Assembly (NCBI GenBank): GCA_002269645.1
Contig: NIVC01002493.1
Coordinates: 62,001-126,000 of the forward strand
Source of the DNA: Macrostomum lignano
Taxonomy: Eukaryota
Length of the DNA stretch: 64,000 nucleotides
Direction of reading: 5' to 3'
In this document: positions 44,096 to 56,166 of the stretch, in pieces
How the letters are laid out: each line of letters begins with the position of its first letter
Numbering within the stretch: the stretch's first letter is position 1
Notes under the pieces: model-generated
What the model was told of the DNA's origin: nothing
The model's database searches: none
What the model saw: only the letters and a program-made list of their open reading frames with translations
Program-made: the position numbers and the translations under genes

Positions 44096-44924
44096 GATCG
44101 ATTAAAATGATAAAAAATCATTGGCAATCGGTTTGATTGGGGTCCGCTGTCGCCACTAGTGAGTTATAACGTCTCATAATTGTATTTGTCGTCGGCGAAT
44201 TTTCTGCAACAGAACCACAGCATGGGACTAAATAGGATTTGGAAAATTGAATGGTTTTTAACAAACGACCGTGAACAATCAGTCTGAGCAAAGTTTTCCA
44301 TCATAAACTTTTAGCCAAATTCCGTTAATTTTACGTGTTGCTCTGTGCTCAGCCTTAATTCAGAAGTTCAGAGTGATGCAGTGACGGCCGCAACACTTAG
44401 CGGGATATTGTCCGACTCAAACGTTGTCACTCGTCAGTCAATCTTCTATAGGGGCTATAGTGGATTGTTTGATTAAGCGAAAATAGCTAGAACAAACGCT
44501 AGAAGCCGTTCATGGCTTCAAAATATGAGAGAAATGCATCAGTAAAAAAGTTTCTTCTTTCGCAACAAAAGCGGAAAAGCAAAAACTCTACTGTGGATTT
44601 CTTTCCTTCAAATTGTCTGCTTCTTCCTGAGCTGGTCTGAGGTTGCTGGTGAGTTTCCTGCCAGAATACGGGGACTTTGCTAGGCCCAGTCAGCCCTAAG
44701 ATTTAAAAGCTACCAGGCTATTACTACCTCAGAGTCAGAAACAACCGGATACAGGCAGAATAAAAGAAGAACATATCTTTCATTGCAACAAAACTTCCTT
44801 AGAATCCCATGGGATATTTCCAAACAAAGCTACAAAAGGTATTCATCACGAGATGCAGTAAAATGCATTAAGAAAGCTGCAGAAGTCCACTGTGGTAGAT
44901 TAAGAATTAGTGTACCGATTCAAA

Positions 44925-46116
44925 ATGAGATTCAGTACAGGTAATTTTCGCTTGAGTCTTGCTGAGCTGCGAGCTCCGCTTCTCTTGCTGCTCTGCCTGA
45001 GTGCTATGGCCAGTATCGTCTCTGCTACTAAGACGTCCTTCGAGAAGACCCGACGCTGCCCCACCGCGGCCGCCTCTCCGCTGCCTGGCCTGGCCAGCAA
45101 GCTGCAGTGCGCCGCCGCCTGCTCCCGACTGCCCACATGCAACGCATTCCACTTCGACATCACCACCCGCCTGTGTTACCATGGAGACGCGTGTTCCCAA
45201 CTCGAGCAATGGACTGACGGCGACTGCGACTCCTACAAGTACACCGATGTGCTGTGCGGAGACCGCGGTGAGCGGCTCAGTGGCTGCTGTCTTGACAATT
45301 CTGTATCGCTTCAATGAAATCATTTACTTTGTTTAAACTGATTATAAATTTATCACTGCAGAGTCTTCTGAGCCCCTGGTCAAACCGCTCAAGCTGAAGC
45401 TGTTCTACAAGTTCTCTCGGGGCGGTCTGAAGAATGAGGTCAACCCGAGACTGTCCTGTCTCAAGGCTCACGACGTGACAATTGATGCAGCTGGTGCTCA
45501 CTTCAAGGGCAACACGGGCTCCTACTTGAGCACTGAGACTCCCGGGTTCTGGAACTTCCTATCGATGAACCGAGCATTCTCAGCGTTTACTAGAGTCAGA
45601 CACCATTTTGGCAATGGGTATTGCACTTTTTAAAGTACTGCGTATGTTTCAATTCTAATTTAATGCATCCGTAGTACTGTAACTTTACACCATCTTTATT
45701 TCAGCTATCAGTTCTACCACAAATTCCAGCAGTGCAAGGGTAATGTGGGAAACACTTTTGCTAAAAGCAACGACTACATCTACAACGTAGCTGTGCTCGA
45801 CAACAATGCCGTGCTGTTCTCATTGTCGCCATCAATTCTACCCTCCGGTGGCCTGCAAAAAGAGATTTCAGTTGGTTTCACATTCAACAGAACTGCGCAT
45901 CAGCAATTCTTCTTCAACGGCTCCATCGCTCCGGTTTTCTACGCCTACTCAGAGGCGAACACTTATTCGACAAGTCTGTTCGAGTGCCTTCGCCTGGGCC
46001 AATCGCTGGTTGATGCCAACTGCCTCAACGGCGTCATGCTGTGCTACGGATTCAGCGCAAAAGTGCTGAGCGTCAGCGACTTTGAGCAGCTCAAGCGGCT
46101 CTGCGACTCCGATTGA
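44925..46116 (+). CDS. Putative secreted PAN/Apple-domain protein with a C-terminal LamG/concanavalin-like region, ~336 aa; exons 44925-45267, 45362-45617, 45705-46116
   Basis: Hydrophobic leader APLLLLLCLSAMASIVSA and PAN signature QCAAACSRLPTCNAFHF...C. Two short GT-AG introns (phases 1 and 2) join to the 45745-46116 ORF in frame. The start codon and the LamG assignment are less certain. Confidence 0.75.
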
Positions 46117-46743
46117 ACAGCTGGAAAGCGATTTTTGCCAACGGAAATTAAAAGGAAGGTCCTGAACTGCGTGTAAAACTGACCGTGACGTGTCGCATAA
46201 CTGAAAGAAAACAATTTTAATTGAACCGCAGGCAATGCTGAGAAACAATGGCACGACAAAAATTGTTTTTCGAATTCGTGACGAAATGAAAAAATCTGAA
46301 TTAGGAGAAATTTCTGAGAAAGGCACGACGCTTGTTAAAATAAAGTTTTCATCAAGCATCTTCTCAAGCTTTGATAACCAGCAGTTGAGGCTTGATCAGA
46401 GATATCAGAGAGATTCGCGCTAGGGTGGTCTCCAAAGTCACCTGTTGCCACCTGTTGAAGGTCCAGAAGGCGGAGTGGGCAACAAGATGATGAAATTTTT
46501 TTGAGGCTCGGCAGTGCTGATTCTGTTCAATACTTAAATGCTCAAGGGAAAAATTCGATTTTTTGGCGAAATCGTTGAATATCTCGACGGTTCGGAAGGC
46601 TGGCGACTTGATTCTTGTTTGAGGTGTGCGACAAAAGTTAGTCCGTCTTCTTGAGAGTTGTAAGTAAGTTAGTAATATTTGCGAGTCAATATTAATATTT
46701 TCTCTTTAGATTGTGATTAATGCGTAAGAAACTGGCATTTAGA

Positions 46744-47005
46744 CAGTGGCCTAGACAGGATGGGGGGGGGGCAGCAGCCCCCCCCCACCCCCCGCCCAAT
46801 CGCCTAGGGGGCTGGGGTTGGGCGCGGCGGATACCAAAAACCAGGAGGCAATTGAGTGCCTGCGGCTCTAAAATGAGTGCCTGCGGCGCCAAAATGAGTG
46901 CCTGCGGCGCCAAAATAAGTGCCTGCGGTGCCAAAAGTGGCAGTGGCATAAGGCATGGCCAGCCAGGCCAACCCCCCCCAATTGAAATTCCTGGCTACGC
47001 CACTG
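46744..47005. mobile_element. MITE-like element (family B) with four units of the 21-bp minisatellite
   Basis: CAGTGGCCTAGACAGG (46744) is inverted with CCTGGCTACGCCACTG (46990-47005), 14/16 match. No clear TSD. Confidence 0.75.
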
Positions 47006-47009
47006 TCAG

Positions 47010-47905
47010 TTAGTCATCAAACAACGTCACAGGGCGCCTGGGTGCGAACTTAAACCGCGCCGCCGGCAGTGTCTGGGGGGCCGGCATCAGCCAGCAGGCA
47101 GTCGCCGAGTACGCGCCTGCCCCCGCCGATAGGGTGCCTGCAGCACCTCCTGCACCGGCTGTGGGCAGTACGACTCGGCTCGGATGAAACGGCCTGCTAG
47201 CTGGAGTCGCCGACGGCGCAACAGTTCGCTGGGACGGGACAGGCCGGTGCGGCGATAGAGTGCCGCATTGGTGACTCCCTCGTAGCCGATCTTGAAGGCG
47301 GCGCGCAGCAGGCCAGCATGCGCCGCATCGACCAGCTGTTCGAGCGAGTCCGTCAGCGTTCAGGTCTCGGCGTTGTACAACAGGACGATCTCGATCACCG
47401 CCTGGAACAACGCCGCCCTCTGGCTGTCGGGCAGGGCCTCGGACTACAGGATAACCCTCACGGAACGGAAGGCAGCGCAAACAAGTCCACGCCGACGTCG
47501 TAGGTCCTCGCGAACGTCAGGCACCAGACTGCCGAGGTAGACGAACTGCTGACAGCACGGAAGCTTCGTCGCCTGTCCGTCGGCGCCTCGGCAGAAAATT
47601 GCAGCCTCGATGTCGTCCGGCACGCAGAGCACGACGTTCTTCTGCGTGTTGACCAACAGGTCGACACCCGCCGCACCCAGTCAAGCACTAGGACCAACAG
47701 AAACGGCGCAAGCGTATCTCCCTGAAGCACCCCAGAAGATGTCTCAAAGAAATCCGACAGGCCGTCCGGTGTTAGCACAGCAGCGTTCGTGCCGTGATAC
47801 AGCGCCATGACGGCGGAGAGCAGCTGCTCTGGCACGTCGTACGCACGAAGCACCATTGGGAGCACGGCCCTCACGACCGAGTCGAATGCCTTCCTGAAGT
47901 CAACA
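47010..47905 (-). pseudogene. Decayed 5'-truncated non-LTR retrotransposon (RTE-like) reverse transcriptase fragment
   Basis: VDFRKAFDSV, GVLQGDTLAPFLLVLVLD, FVYLGS and VLLYNAETWTLT across frameshifts. The YADD region appears deleted near 47670. Confidence 0.85.
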
Positions 47906-48117
47906 CAAGGACCACTAGAAGTTACTTCTAGTGGTCCTTGAGTCAACAAAGAGAGCAATCAGGCCTGTGGGCCGACGGGGAGCCAAACAATTAAAAAAGC
48001 ACAGCTGATCGAGAACGTCAAGCTGAGGTTCCAACGAAAAGCCGGCATCGCGGACTTCAAAGATAAAGCGAGCCTGGCAGTTGGTGTGCAGTGCGAGTGT
48101 GTGTCACCTTTTGAGTG

Positions 48118-48478
48118 TGATGAGGACGCACTTTTTCCCAAATTCCACGCTAGCACTGCACATGAAAAAAGCTCATGATTGCATCCACAATCTCTTGGTC
48201 ACGTGAGCAGTTTGGGTGGCAACAAGCTCAGCCAATCATGAGCTTGTGGATTAATCTGCGGATTGGCTAATCTATATACCTTCAAAATTCTCCCTGCTTG
48301 TCTCTCGCTGTCCCTCTCTTAGCTATAGGACCTAAACTGCTCGCCACACGATCAAGCTACCATGGGGCTGACCATCTGACAGGAGTGGGGGCCAGCAGGA
48401 CTCTTCTAATTGATTTATTTCTGAGACCTGAGGCCCGAAGGCTTCCCCAAAAGGGGGCCGAAAGGCCGAAACCCATCA
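48118..48478 (+). mobile_element. LTR-like element sharing both ends with 40588-40978 but with a different, promoter-like interior
   Basis: 5' TGATGAGGACGCACTTTTTCCCAAATTCCACGCTAGCAC and 3' GGAGTGGGGGCC...GGCCGAAAGGCCGAAACCCATCA. The interior has E-box, CCAAT and CTATATA. No TSD found. Confidence 0.65.
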
Positions 48479-49404
48479 AAGCATACAATAGATTGACACT
48501 AGGTGTACAGCTCGATCAAGATAAAGCTTAAACTGTGTGACCCTTTGTTTTCATTATACGAGTGTAACGAAAAATTACACATCGTACCACGGTAAATAAA
48601 ATTTTTTTGAGCCTGAAAGCCCTGAGCCAATACAATGGCACCTTTCAAAGTCTATAAATTAAGATGACTTCATCACAATTTCAAATTTTCTCATTAGAAG
48701 AACTACGTAGCTACCCACGTATTGTCAGTTTAGTATGACAATGTCAATGACAACACGCTATACATTGCATTTTATGCAGCATTGGCTAAGATTTTTTAAT
48801 CAGCCATTTTTTCATTATTGCAGTTTTAGTTTTATTTTTAGTTTATTTATTTTCTTAGTTCACTTATTGGTTTAGTTTCGCTTGTAGCAAGTCCACGACC
48901 AACGGTTATTAGATTTAAATTAATTTAATCGTAGTTTTTAAGAGTGCAAATTCGCTTATTCATTCAAACAAAAGCTATACAATAATAATAAAGCGAAATC
49001 CCTACTAGATAAGAACTGACTTTTTAAGATAACTATACCAGATCAGAATATGTTTTAAAAGACCATAAGGTCTAGAACAAAAGCTGTATCGCTACACGTG
49101 GGAGAATTTGAATTAATTTTGGAAATGTAATATAAATTTTTCATATGCGTGTATAATACGATTCTGCTGATTGCGGCGTGCTGCAATTTTTTGGCACTGG
49201 ACCAGACTGACTGTTCTTGCTAATATTTTAGTTTTACAGGTTCAGTTTAGGCTTAATAAGTTAAGCTATTTGACTGATTAAAATTACATTATAAAAAAAG
49301 AAGTTTCAAATTCAATCCTTCAATTCAAATGCAATGTTAATGCTTTGTTTATTTTTGAACACTAGGCCCTTTTTGCTGTAGGCTGTAGCCAGGGTTTATG
49401 GATT

Positions 49405-49431
49405 GGGTTAGGGTTAGGGTTAGGGTTAGGG
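49405..49431 (+). repeat. Interstitial telomere-like (GGGTTA)4GGG tract
   Basis: Flanked by a 20-bp direct duplication GTAGCCAGGGTTTA(T/C)GGATT. Confidence 0.85.
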
Positions 49432-50349
49432 TAGCCAGGGTTTACGGATTTTCGTCAACTTTTTTTCGTCAACTTGGTTGACGTTGACAAATGTTCCAAC
49501 CCTCATTTCTGCAGTTGAAAAATATTCCAAATCTTCCACTGCCTGTTGACAAAAGTTCCATAGCCAGATTGAAGGCATCGGAGAAATGCCTTTGTGCATG
49601 ATTTATTACATACACTGTATTGCATATTCAATTCAACATGTGTTGATTGCCATTGTGCAATGTTGTTGTGTGTTACAATTTACAATCTGAGCATGAACTA
49701 CTAGCTAGTAGATGTACGACTTGCGAGTTGGCACATGAACAGTGTGCACTGTGCAGTGTCTAGGCCTAACACAATTTAGAGAAAATGTGCCTGGTGCCAC
49801 TGATTTGTGGAGTATATATCTACTTGTACACACGGTTCCTAGTCATTTCGTCATCTGCCATTTCATCATCTGGGTGTCTGGGGTGCTCACCTCGACTATG
49901 GTCACTTCGTCATCCACCAATCATATTAGTGAATTATTGTGGCAAATAAATATATTTACTTGAAATCCTAATGATCCCAGTCATTTTGTTATCTTGATTG
50001 ATAAAACCTGTCGATCGATCGGTTCTGCTTGCCGCAGCTTTTAGTTATTAAACAAAAAATAGTGTTAGTTTACACTAACTCGAATCATGCACAGATTGAT
50101 TGGTTGATAACGAAGTATCCAGTATAACTAAATATTTGGTCACTTCATCATATTATTTTTCAAGCTACTTTGCTTCTGGTCACTTCATCATCCGATATGA
50201 CGAAATGGAATATGACGATCTGACCAGCGACCATACACACTCTTTTGTTTTGCTGTCACTTGTATGGAATGAACAACAATATTGACAACTGCATTGTGTG
50301 CCAAGAGGCTGTGTGCCCATAGAAAGAAGGTTTGCAATGAATGTACAGC

Positions 50350-50960
50350 GGACTATACTCTCATCAAGTCAAGTCTCGTTTATGGACAGTGACTTTTGAA
50401 GTTGTGAGAGAGCCGTTTAGACAGCTTTACATGGTCTACTGCTATATTCACAAAGGAGAAACAGCAAAGCTGGTGATCTTGGCATTTGCTTTAATGTCTG
50501 GGAAGGCTCTACATGACTTTTTGGCAGTCTTTCAACACCTTAGAAGCCTACTACTGAATGGCAGTCTTCCGCAAACATTTGTTCTGGACTTGAATGTGCC
50601 GCATGGCAGACCCTACATGTTGTCTTTCCTGAAGTGACACTAAAGGGCTGTCTATTCTATTATACATAGGCCATGTTCCATTTCGTTCAACAGGCTGGCC
50701 TCCAACAGGCATATATAGCAGATCCTAGTATAAACACTTTCTGCTAGATGCTCATGGTGCTGCCATATCTCCTAGCCGAGCATATAGAAGAGGGCCTGGC
50801 AGAGATTGTTGCAGGAATTGTCAAACCATGCCTTCTCAAAGTTGCAGAGTACGTCAATGCCATCTAGCTAAACAGCCCAGTGTTCAAATGCGAGAAAATG
50901 AGCGTTTACAACCAGACCATTTGCACGAACAATGAGAGCAAGGGGTGGCATTGGCAACTA
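50350..50960 (+). pseudogene. MULE transposase pseudogene
   Basis: Frameshifted motifs FMD-TFEVVREPFRQLY, AFALMSGK, LDFECAAWQTLHVVFPEVTLKGCLF and TNNESKGWH. Confidence 0.85.
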
Positions 50961-51947
50961 AAGCAATGAGCAGAGCAAGGTAACATCAGCCTGTACCCCT
51001 TGTTGCAGCTACTGCATAGTTCAGTTGCACAGTGGTGCCAGTAGTGCCAGTTCAGGCAGCATTGGTTCAGCAAAGGCAGACTCAATGGCAGCATTGCGGT
51101 CAGTATAAGGAGCTACAAGAGCTAGCAGACCAGCATTGGTGTGATTATTGTGACAGCCAGCTTACTATCCACAGGCTTCTAGTAGAATGCCAGATGCCAT
51201 ATTTTACTTCTGGTAATAAGTAAAATGTGGTACAATTGGCAAGTTGAATTCTTGCCAAGTAATTATTGGACAATAAAGTTTAATAAATTTACTACTAAAA
51301 TATGTATCACATAAGTTAAAGTTAAAGCGCATCCAATGGAACCCAGTTGACAAAAATTCCACATTTCTCATTGGTAGTTGACAAAGATTCCATTGTTCCT
51401 ATTGGCAGTTGACAAAAAGTTGACAAAAATTCTAGGATCTGTAGCCAGTGTCTCCAATTAGTTTTTCCTCTTTGCTTGTAGTAGATATAATTCTGTATAG
51501 GTTTTGTAAAAAAATATTTTTGTCTAAGTGCAAAAAAACCAAGCCTGGTGAAAAAGTAAAGAAAATTAGAATCTTGCTAAAATTTTAGTTAGGCATAGGG
51601 CCTGTATATAATAGAAAAGTTAGCCTGATTTAATTAGATAAAGGGCATTTTTGTTATATGATCACATATATGACATAGCATTGTCCCTATGGGAGTTAGG
51701 ACTTGATATACAATCTCCTTTATAAGATGGCAAAATTTCACAGTTTGAAAATCAAACTTCAAAATAGGATTACTTCTAAGTGCAATATCATAGCCTCAAG
51801 TTTTGTTTCTTTTAGGAATGTAGCTTTAAATATTTACTTTTGTGATTTAATCATTTAAATATTGAAATTATATTTAGGCAATTGTGAGACAAAACCAAAA
51901 GAGCTTTGTTGGTTTTAAATTACAATTATCACACCAAAACTAATACT

Positions 51948-52909
51948 CAATGTTGGGCATAATACTCAAAAAGTATTGGTAAAAATCAATACTCCAATAC
52001 CCTTTTTGAAAAAAGTATTGTCAATACCTGAAAGTCCGATACCCAAATTTGAATATCAACAATATCCTAATTCCAATACTTTATTCTGATACCTGGTCTG
52101 TACAAAAATAAATGTTTAACAAATAAAAATGCATATATTTAAGCTTCTTAGATCTTCTCCTTGGTTTTTCAGGTGAATAAAGCAAGATTAACATTGTTCT
52201 AAATGATGAAGTCTTCAGTAAAAGAAATAAAATAAAATTAATGAATGAAAACCAATAGTTGCCACTCTAGTAGATAATTAACTATTTATTAGTCTCTATA
52301 GTCATTCTTCTTAATGCAACTTGGCCTTGCCCAATATATGCGCCCAAAATAGGGCATTTCTTTATTCATTGCCGACTGTTTACATATATACATCATTCAC
52401 TAAATTGCTTGTGTCATTATAGTATAGTATTTGTGCATTTACTTTTGTAGAAATTCTAGAAGCAATAGGCAATCAGTAGCTAACAGTGTTGCAAAACTTG
52501 CAGCATGATAATTGGCTAAATAATATCATTTTGATGAGAATTACTAATTACTAACTAATTGATAAAGTATATATGGCGCAGGCTATTTTAAAAAGTTCTA
52601 AAAACTAGTTTTAAGGATAAAAGTATTAATTATTTCAGCTTTGTTGGACTAAAAATGAAGTATTTTTATCATAACTTTCTGTAAAATTATGCAACTATTT
52701 CATTCATTTTTAACAAAATTTTGATTGTTTGCAGGCTCAAAAGTTTAAAAGTATTGGACTATTGGACTATTGAGAAAATTAGAAAATAGTATTGGAAGTT
52801 ATCAAAGTCCGATATTGTCAAAAAAGTATCGACTTCCAATACCCCAATACCCAAAAAGTATTGCCAATAGTATCAAAATATTGGAGTATCAGAATTGTGC
52901 CCAACATTG
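51948..52909. mobile_element. Non-autonomous TIR element, probably hAT-type (962 bp)
   Basis: CAATGTTGGGCA(T/C)AAT inverted termini, repeated AAAGTATTG/CAATAC subterminal motifs, and flanks CTAATACT vs CTAATAAA (6/8, possible decayed TSD). Confidence 0.65.
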
Positions 52910-54266
52910 CTAATAAAAATAGTCAAGTCAAATTGTATTTAGAAGGATCATATATTGAAATTTAGGAAATTATTGGTATATTAATCAACAATTTAGTTAA
53001 AAAATAGACTTCTTTAACTTTAGGTACATAAAATACTTTTAAACTTTTGCCAGAGTCTTAGAGCTATCCAAAATTATAATAAAGCAAAAAAAAATTGCCA
53101 AAAATTATTTTCAAAGTTAACAGGAGCTTAGTTTGTTAATCCCTATATAATTAGTGATAATTTGATGCAAGTAGTTGATTGACAAAAAATTGCTTAAATT
53201 TGAAATTAGCACTATCAAAAACCTCTATAGAGACAAAATTATGATCCTTTCAAAACTGCAACTTTTTTATCTATTTAAAGTTCAAGAAGTCCCAAAAACT
53301 AAGATAGTAGTAAGTCTGTATGGTAAGTATAAAAAGTGTCTCATCATTTGAACCCATAGTCTAGATCATGCTAAAGTCATGCCAGAATTCTTCAAAATAA
53401 TACACGCCAATGCTAAATAAATGTATACCAATTAAAAAATGAAGGACCTATTTTAGCAGTTTTAATTTTATAATAAAAGCTTTAATTTAAAACTAAACTA
53501 ATTATATAGCCTATATGTACAATTGAGGTAAGGGTGGAAAAAAAACAAAATCTTTAATAGTTGGGCAGTTAAGCAAATTTAAATTGCTGCCTGCATTAAA
53601 TTCAGAAATAAAGCTAGCAAATTGCACTGTCAAATCTCAACAAATTTTCTCCTAAATACTCCATTTGCCAGGTCCTTAGTTCTAGGGGGGAGGGTAGTTA
53701 TAATTGTAGTCAAGCAGTCTTTGTTAGGCATAGTCATTCAATTTAGGTCATTTGACACCAAAGTTTTAATGCATGTTGGTTTGCTCAGATGCTTATTAAT
53801 GGTAGAGTAGCATTGCCACCATTGTAATTTATATATTATAAAACATTAATGTCTCAGAGCTCACATAGAGTTGAGAACAATTGTTTTTTTATGCTGCATA
53901 AGCAAAACCAAAAGACCTAAAGAAGGCTATTGGCCTATTGATCAATAAATAAATATGCCTAAATAGACAATTATGATTGTAGAAGCTGGTTAAGTAATGC
54001 TGAATATTAGAGCAGGTTATATTGGCAACACTTACAAATCAAGACTAAATCCAGCAGAGTAGCGGGGTGTTAGCTAATTAAAAAGGAGTTGTAGTTGCAA
54101 AGGGCTAAACAGATAAACAATGAATAGTATGTTAAATGCAAGTTAGGTAAGTAGAAATAGGTGAGGAGAAAGAAAAGGCTAGAAGGCTTTTTAAAATTTA
54201 AATTAACTAGTAGGTCAAGCATATAAATAGTTTAAGCGAAAACAACTTTTAGACAAGGGGCCCAAG

Positions 54267-54530
54267 CATACATGCGCAACAGTCGGCCAAGTCGGCCAAG
54301 GAAGTTGCAAAAATGCCCACCCGAAAAAATGCCAAGTAGTACTAAGTAGCTGACGAGGATTTTGACTTAATAAGACAGTCATAGTTACTCCTGCCGTTTA
54401 CCCAAAGTTGCGTTTATTTTGCGTTAGGGTTTTTTTACATGTAAGTCGCATTTTTGGCTAAAAACTACGTCGCATTTTTGTTAAAACTAAGTTGCATGGC
54501 CGACCAAATTTTGGAGGTTGCACATGTATG
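54267..54530. mobile_element. hAT-type MITE, copy 1 (264 bp)
   Basis: TIR CATACATGCGCAAC / GTTGCACATGTATG and perfect 8-bp TSD GGCCCAAG. Confidence 0.92.
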
Positions 54531-55850
54531 GGCCCAAGGGATAAGAAAGGATGAATAACAAATGGGCAATAGGGCTCTAGCCTCTAGGGCATTACAGCCC
54601 ACAGATAGAAAACAACAAAAAATCCCACAGGATAGCACAGAAAAACAAAATCAAAAGAAAAAACTGGGCAGTGGGCCAGGGAAAGGAGGGAACCCAATCA
54701 TGCATAGGACAGAAAGGGACCAAACCTGGGAACAAGAATGACAACATTGTCAGGGATAGGGATGCACCTCAAGATGGATGGAACAGGCCATTCTCAATAG
54801 CAGTAAAAGTTCAGTTTAGTCACAAGTAGCAGCCCCTCTGTCACAATGTACTGTCTACTAGCCCTAAATAGAAGAATAGATAGCAATTGCCTCTTTTCTA
54901 TATTTTTGGATTGCCCTTCAAATGAAATAAGATCCATCAAGATCATCTTTTTGAAACAAGGATTCATTAAAATCCTTTCCATGAAACAAGGATCCATTAA
55001 AATAATATTTTTTTTCTAAGTGAAATCTATCAAAATACTCTTTGTGAAACTAATTTTCATTAAAATCCCCTTGCAATCTATCATATATCATCTCCTTCAA
55101 GCTGAAATTTATCAATTTAATCAATATTATCTTTATCCAATTGCAATCAATCAAAATTTGCATTTATTTTACTTTGATAATTTGTAAAAATATTTGCTTA
55201 TTTGTATAAGCTTGAGCTTTAACTTTGATGCCTAATATAAAATAGACATGAAATTGATAGATAAGCAAAAAAGACAATCAAGCCACTTGAATACAATAGA
55301 AATTCAAATTGACTTTTGAAGACATTAAATTACTATAACAAATACAAAAGTTAATGAGTATTTTGACTAAAATAAACAAAAGAATCAAGGAATCAGATAA
55401 TTTATCTGACTTACTAGACTCAGAGAAATATTCAAACTAAAAAATAGACAATTGGCTTTAGTGACCTTTAGACAAAAGTTCAATACAAATTGGCTATAAC
55501 ATTCTAATGTGTATAAAGTATTACAATATTTTTACTTCTATATTCTATAACAATTTCTAGTCAAAGCCAATGGCTTATATATTTTATTGATGTATGACAA
55601 AGTTGCTTCTATAAATTGCATATGTCTAGAACATATCTTAATGAGGAGTGTCCAAAAGTCTTTCACATGACTTGAACTCTTTAACAGTCAGTAAGAATAA
55701 TAGCAACTGATCTATTTCATAGCAGCTTTACTTACAAATGACAGTGAAAATTTGAAAATATCACAAACTTTTCAAAAGTTATGCCTCCTTAACTGCAGTG
55801 GGATACTGCATCTCAATACATAAATAGAAACTTGGATGCTGCATATAGAG

Positions 55851-56166
55851 CATACATGCGCAACAGTCGGCCGAGTCGGCCGATCCGGCCGAGTCGGCCG
55901 ATCCGGCCGACCGATTTGGCGGCCAATCAAGGAAGTCGCAAAAATGCCCACCCAAAAAATAACCTGAAGAGTAGTACTAAGTAGCTGACGAGGCATTTTA
56001 GCTTAATAAAACAGTCATAGTTACTCCTGCCGTTTACCCAAAGTTGCGTTAATTTTGCTTTCGGGTTTTTTTATATGTAAGTCACATTTTTGGCCAAAAA
56101 CTACGTCGCATTTTTGTTAAAACTAAGTCGCACGGCTGACCGAATTTTGGAGGTTGCACATGTATG
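55851..56166. mobile_element. hAT-type MITE, copy 2 (316 bp)
   Basis: Same TIRs, perfect 8-bp TSD ATATAGAG, and an expanded internal GTCGGCCGATCCGGCCGA repeat. Confidence 0.92.

Larger units (their letters stand above)
49383..51448 (+). mobile_element. Decayed Mutator-like (MULE) DNA transposon
   Basis: Degenerate inverted ends rich in GTCAAC/GTTGAC (49441-49560 vs 51340-51430), direct repeat CTGTAGCCAG at 49383 and 51439 (candidate TSD), and an internal transposase relic. Confidence 0.75.
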
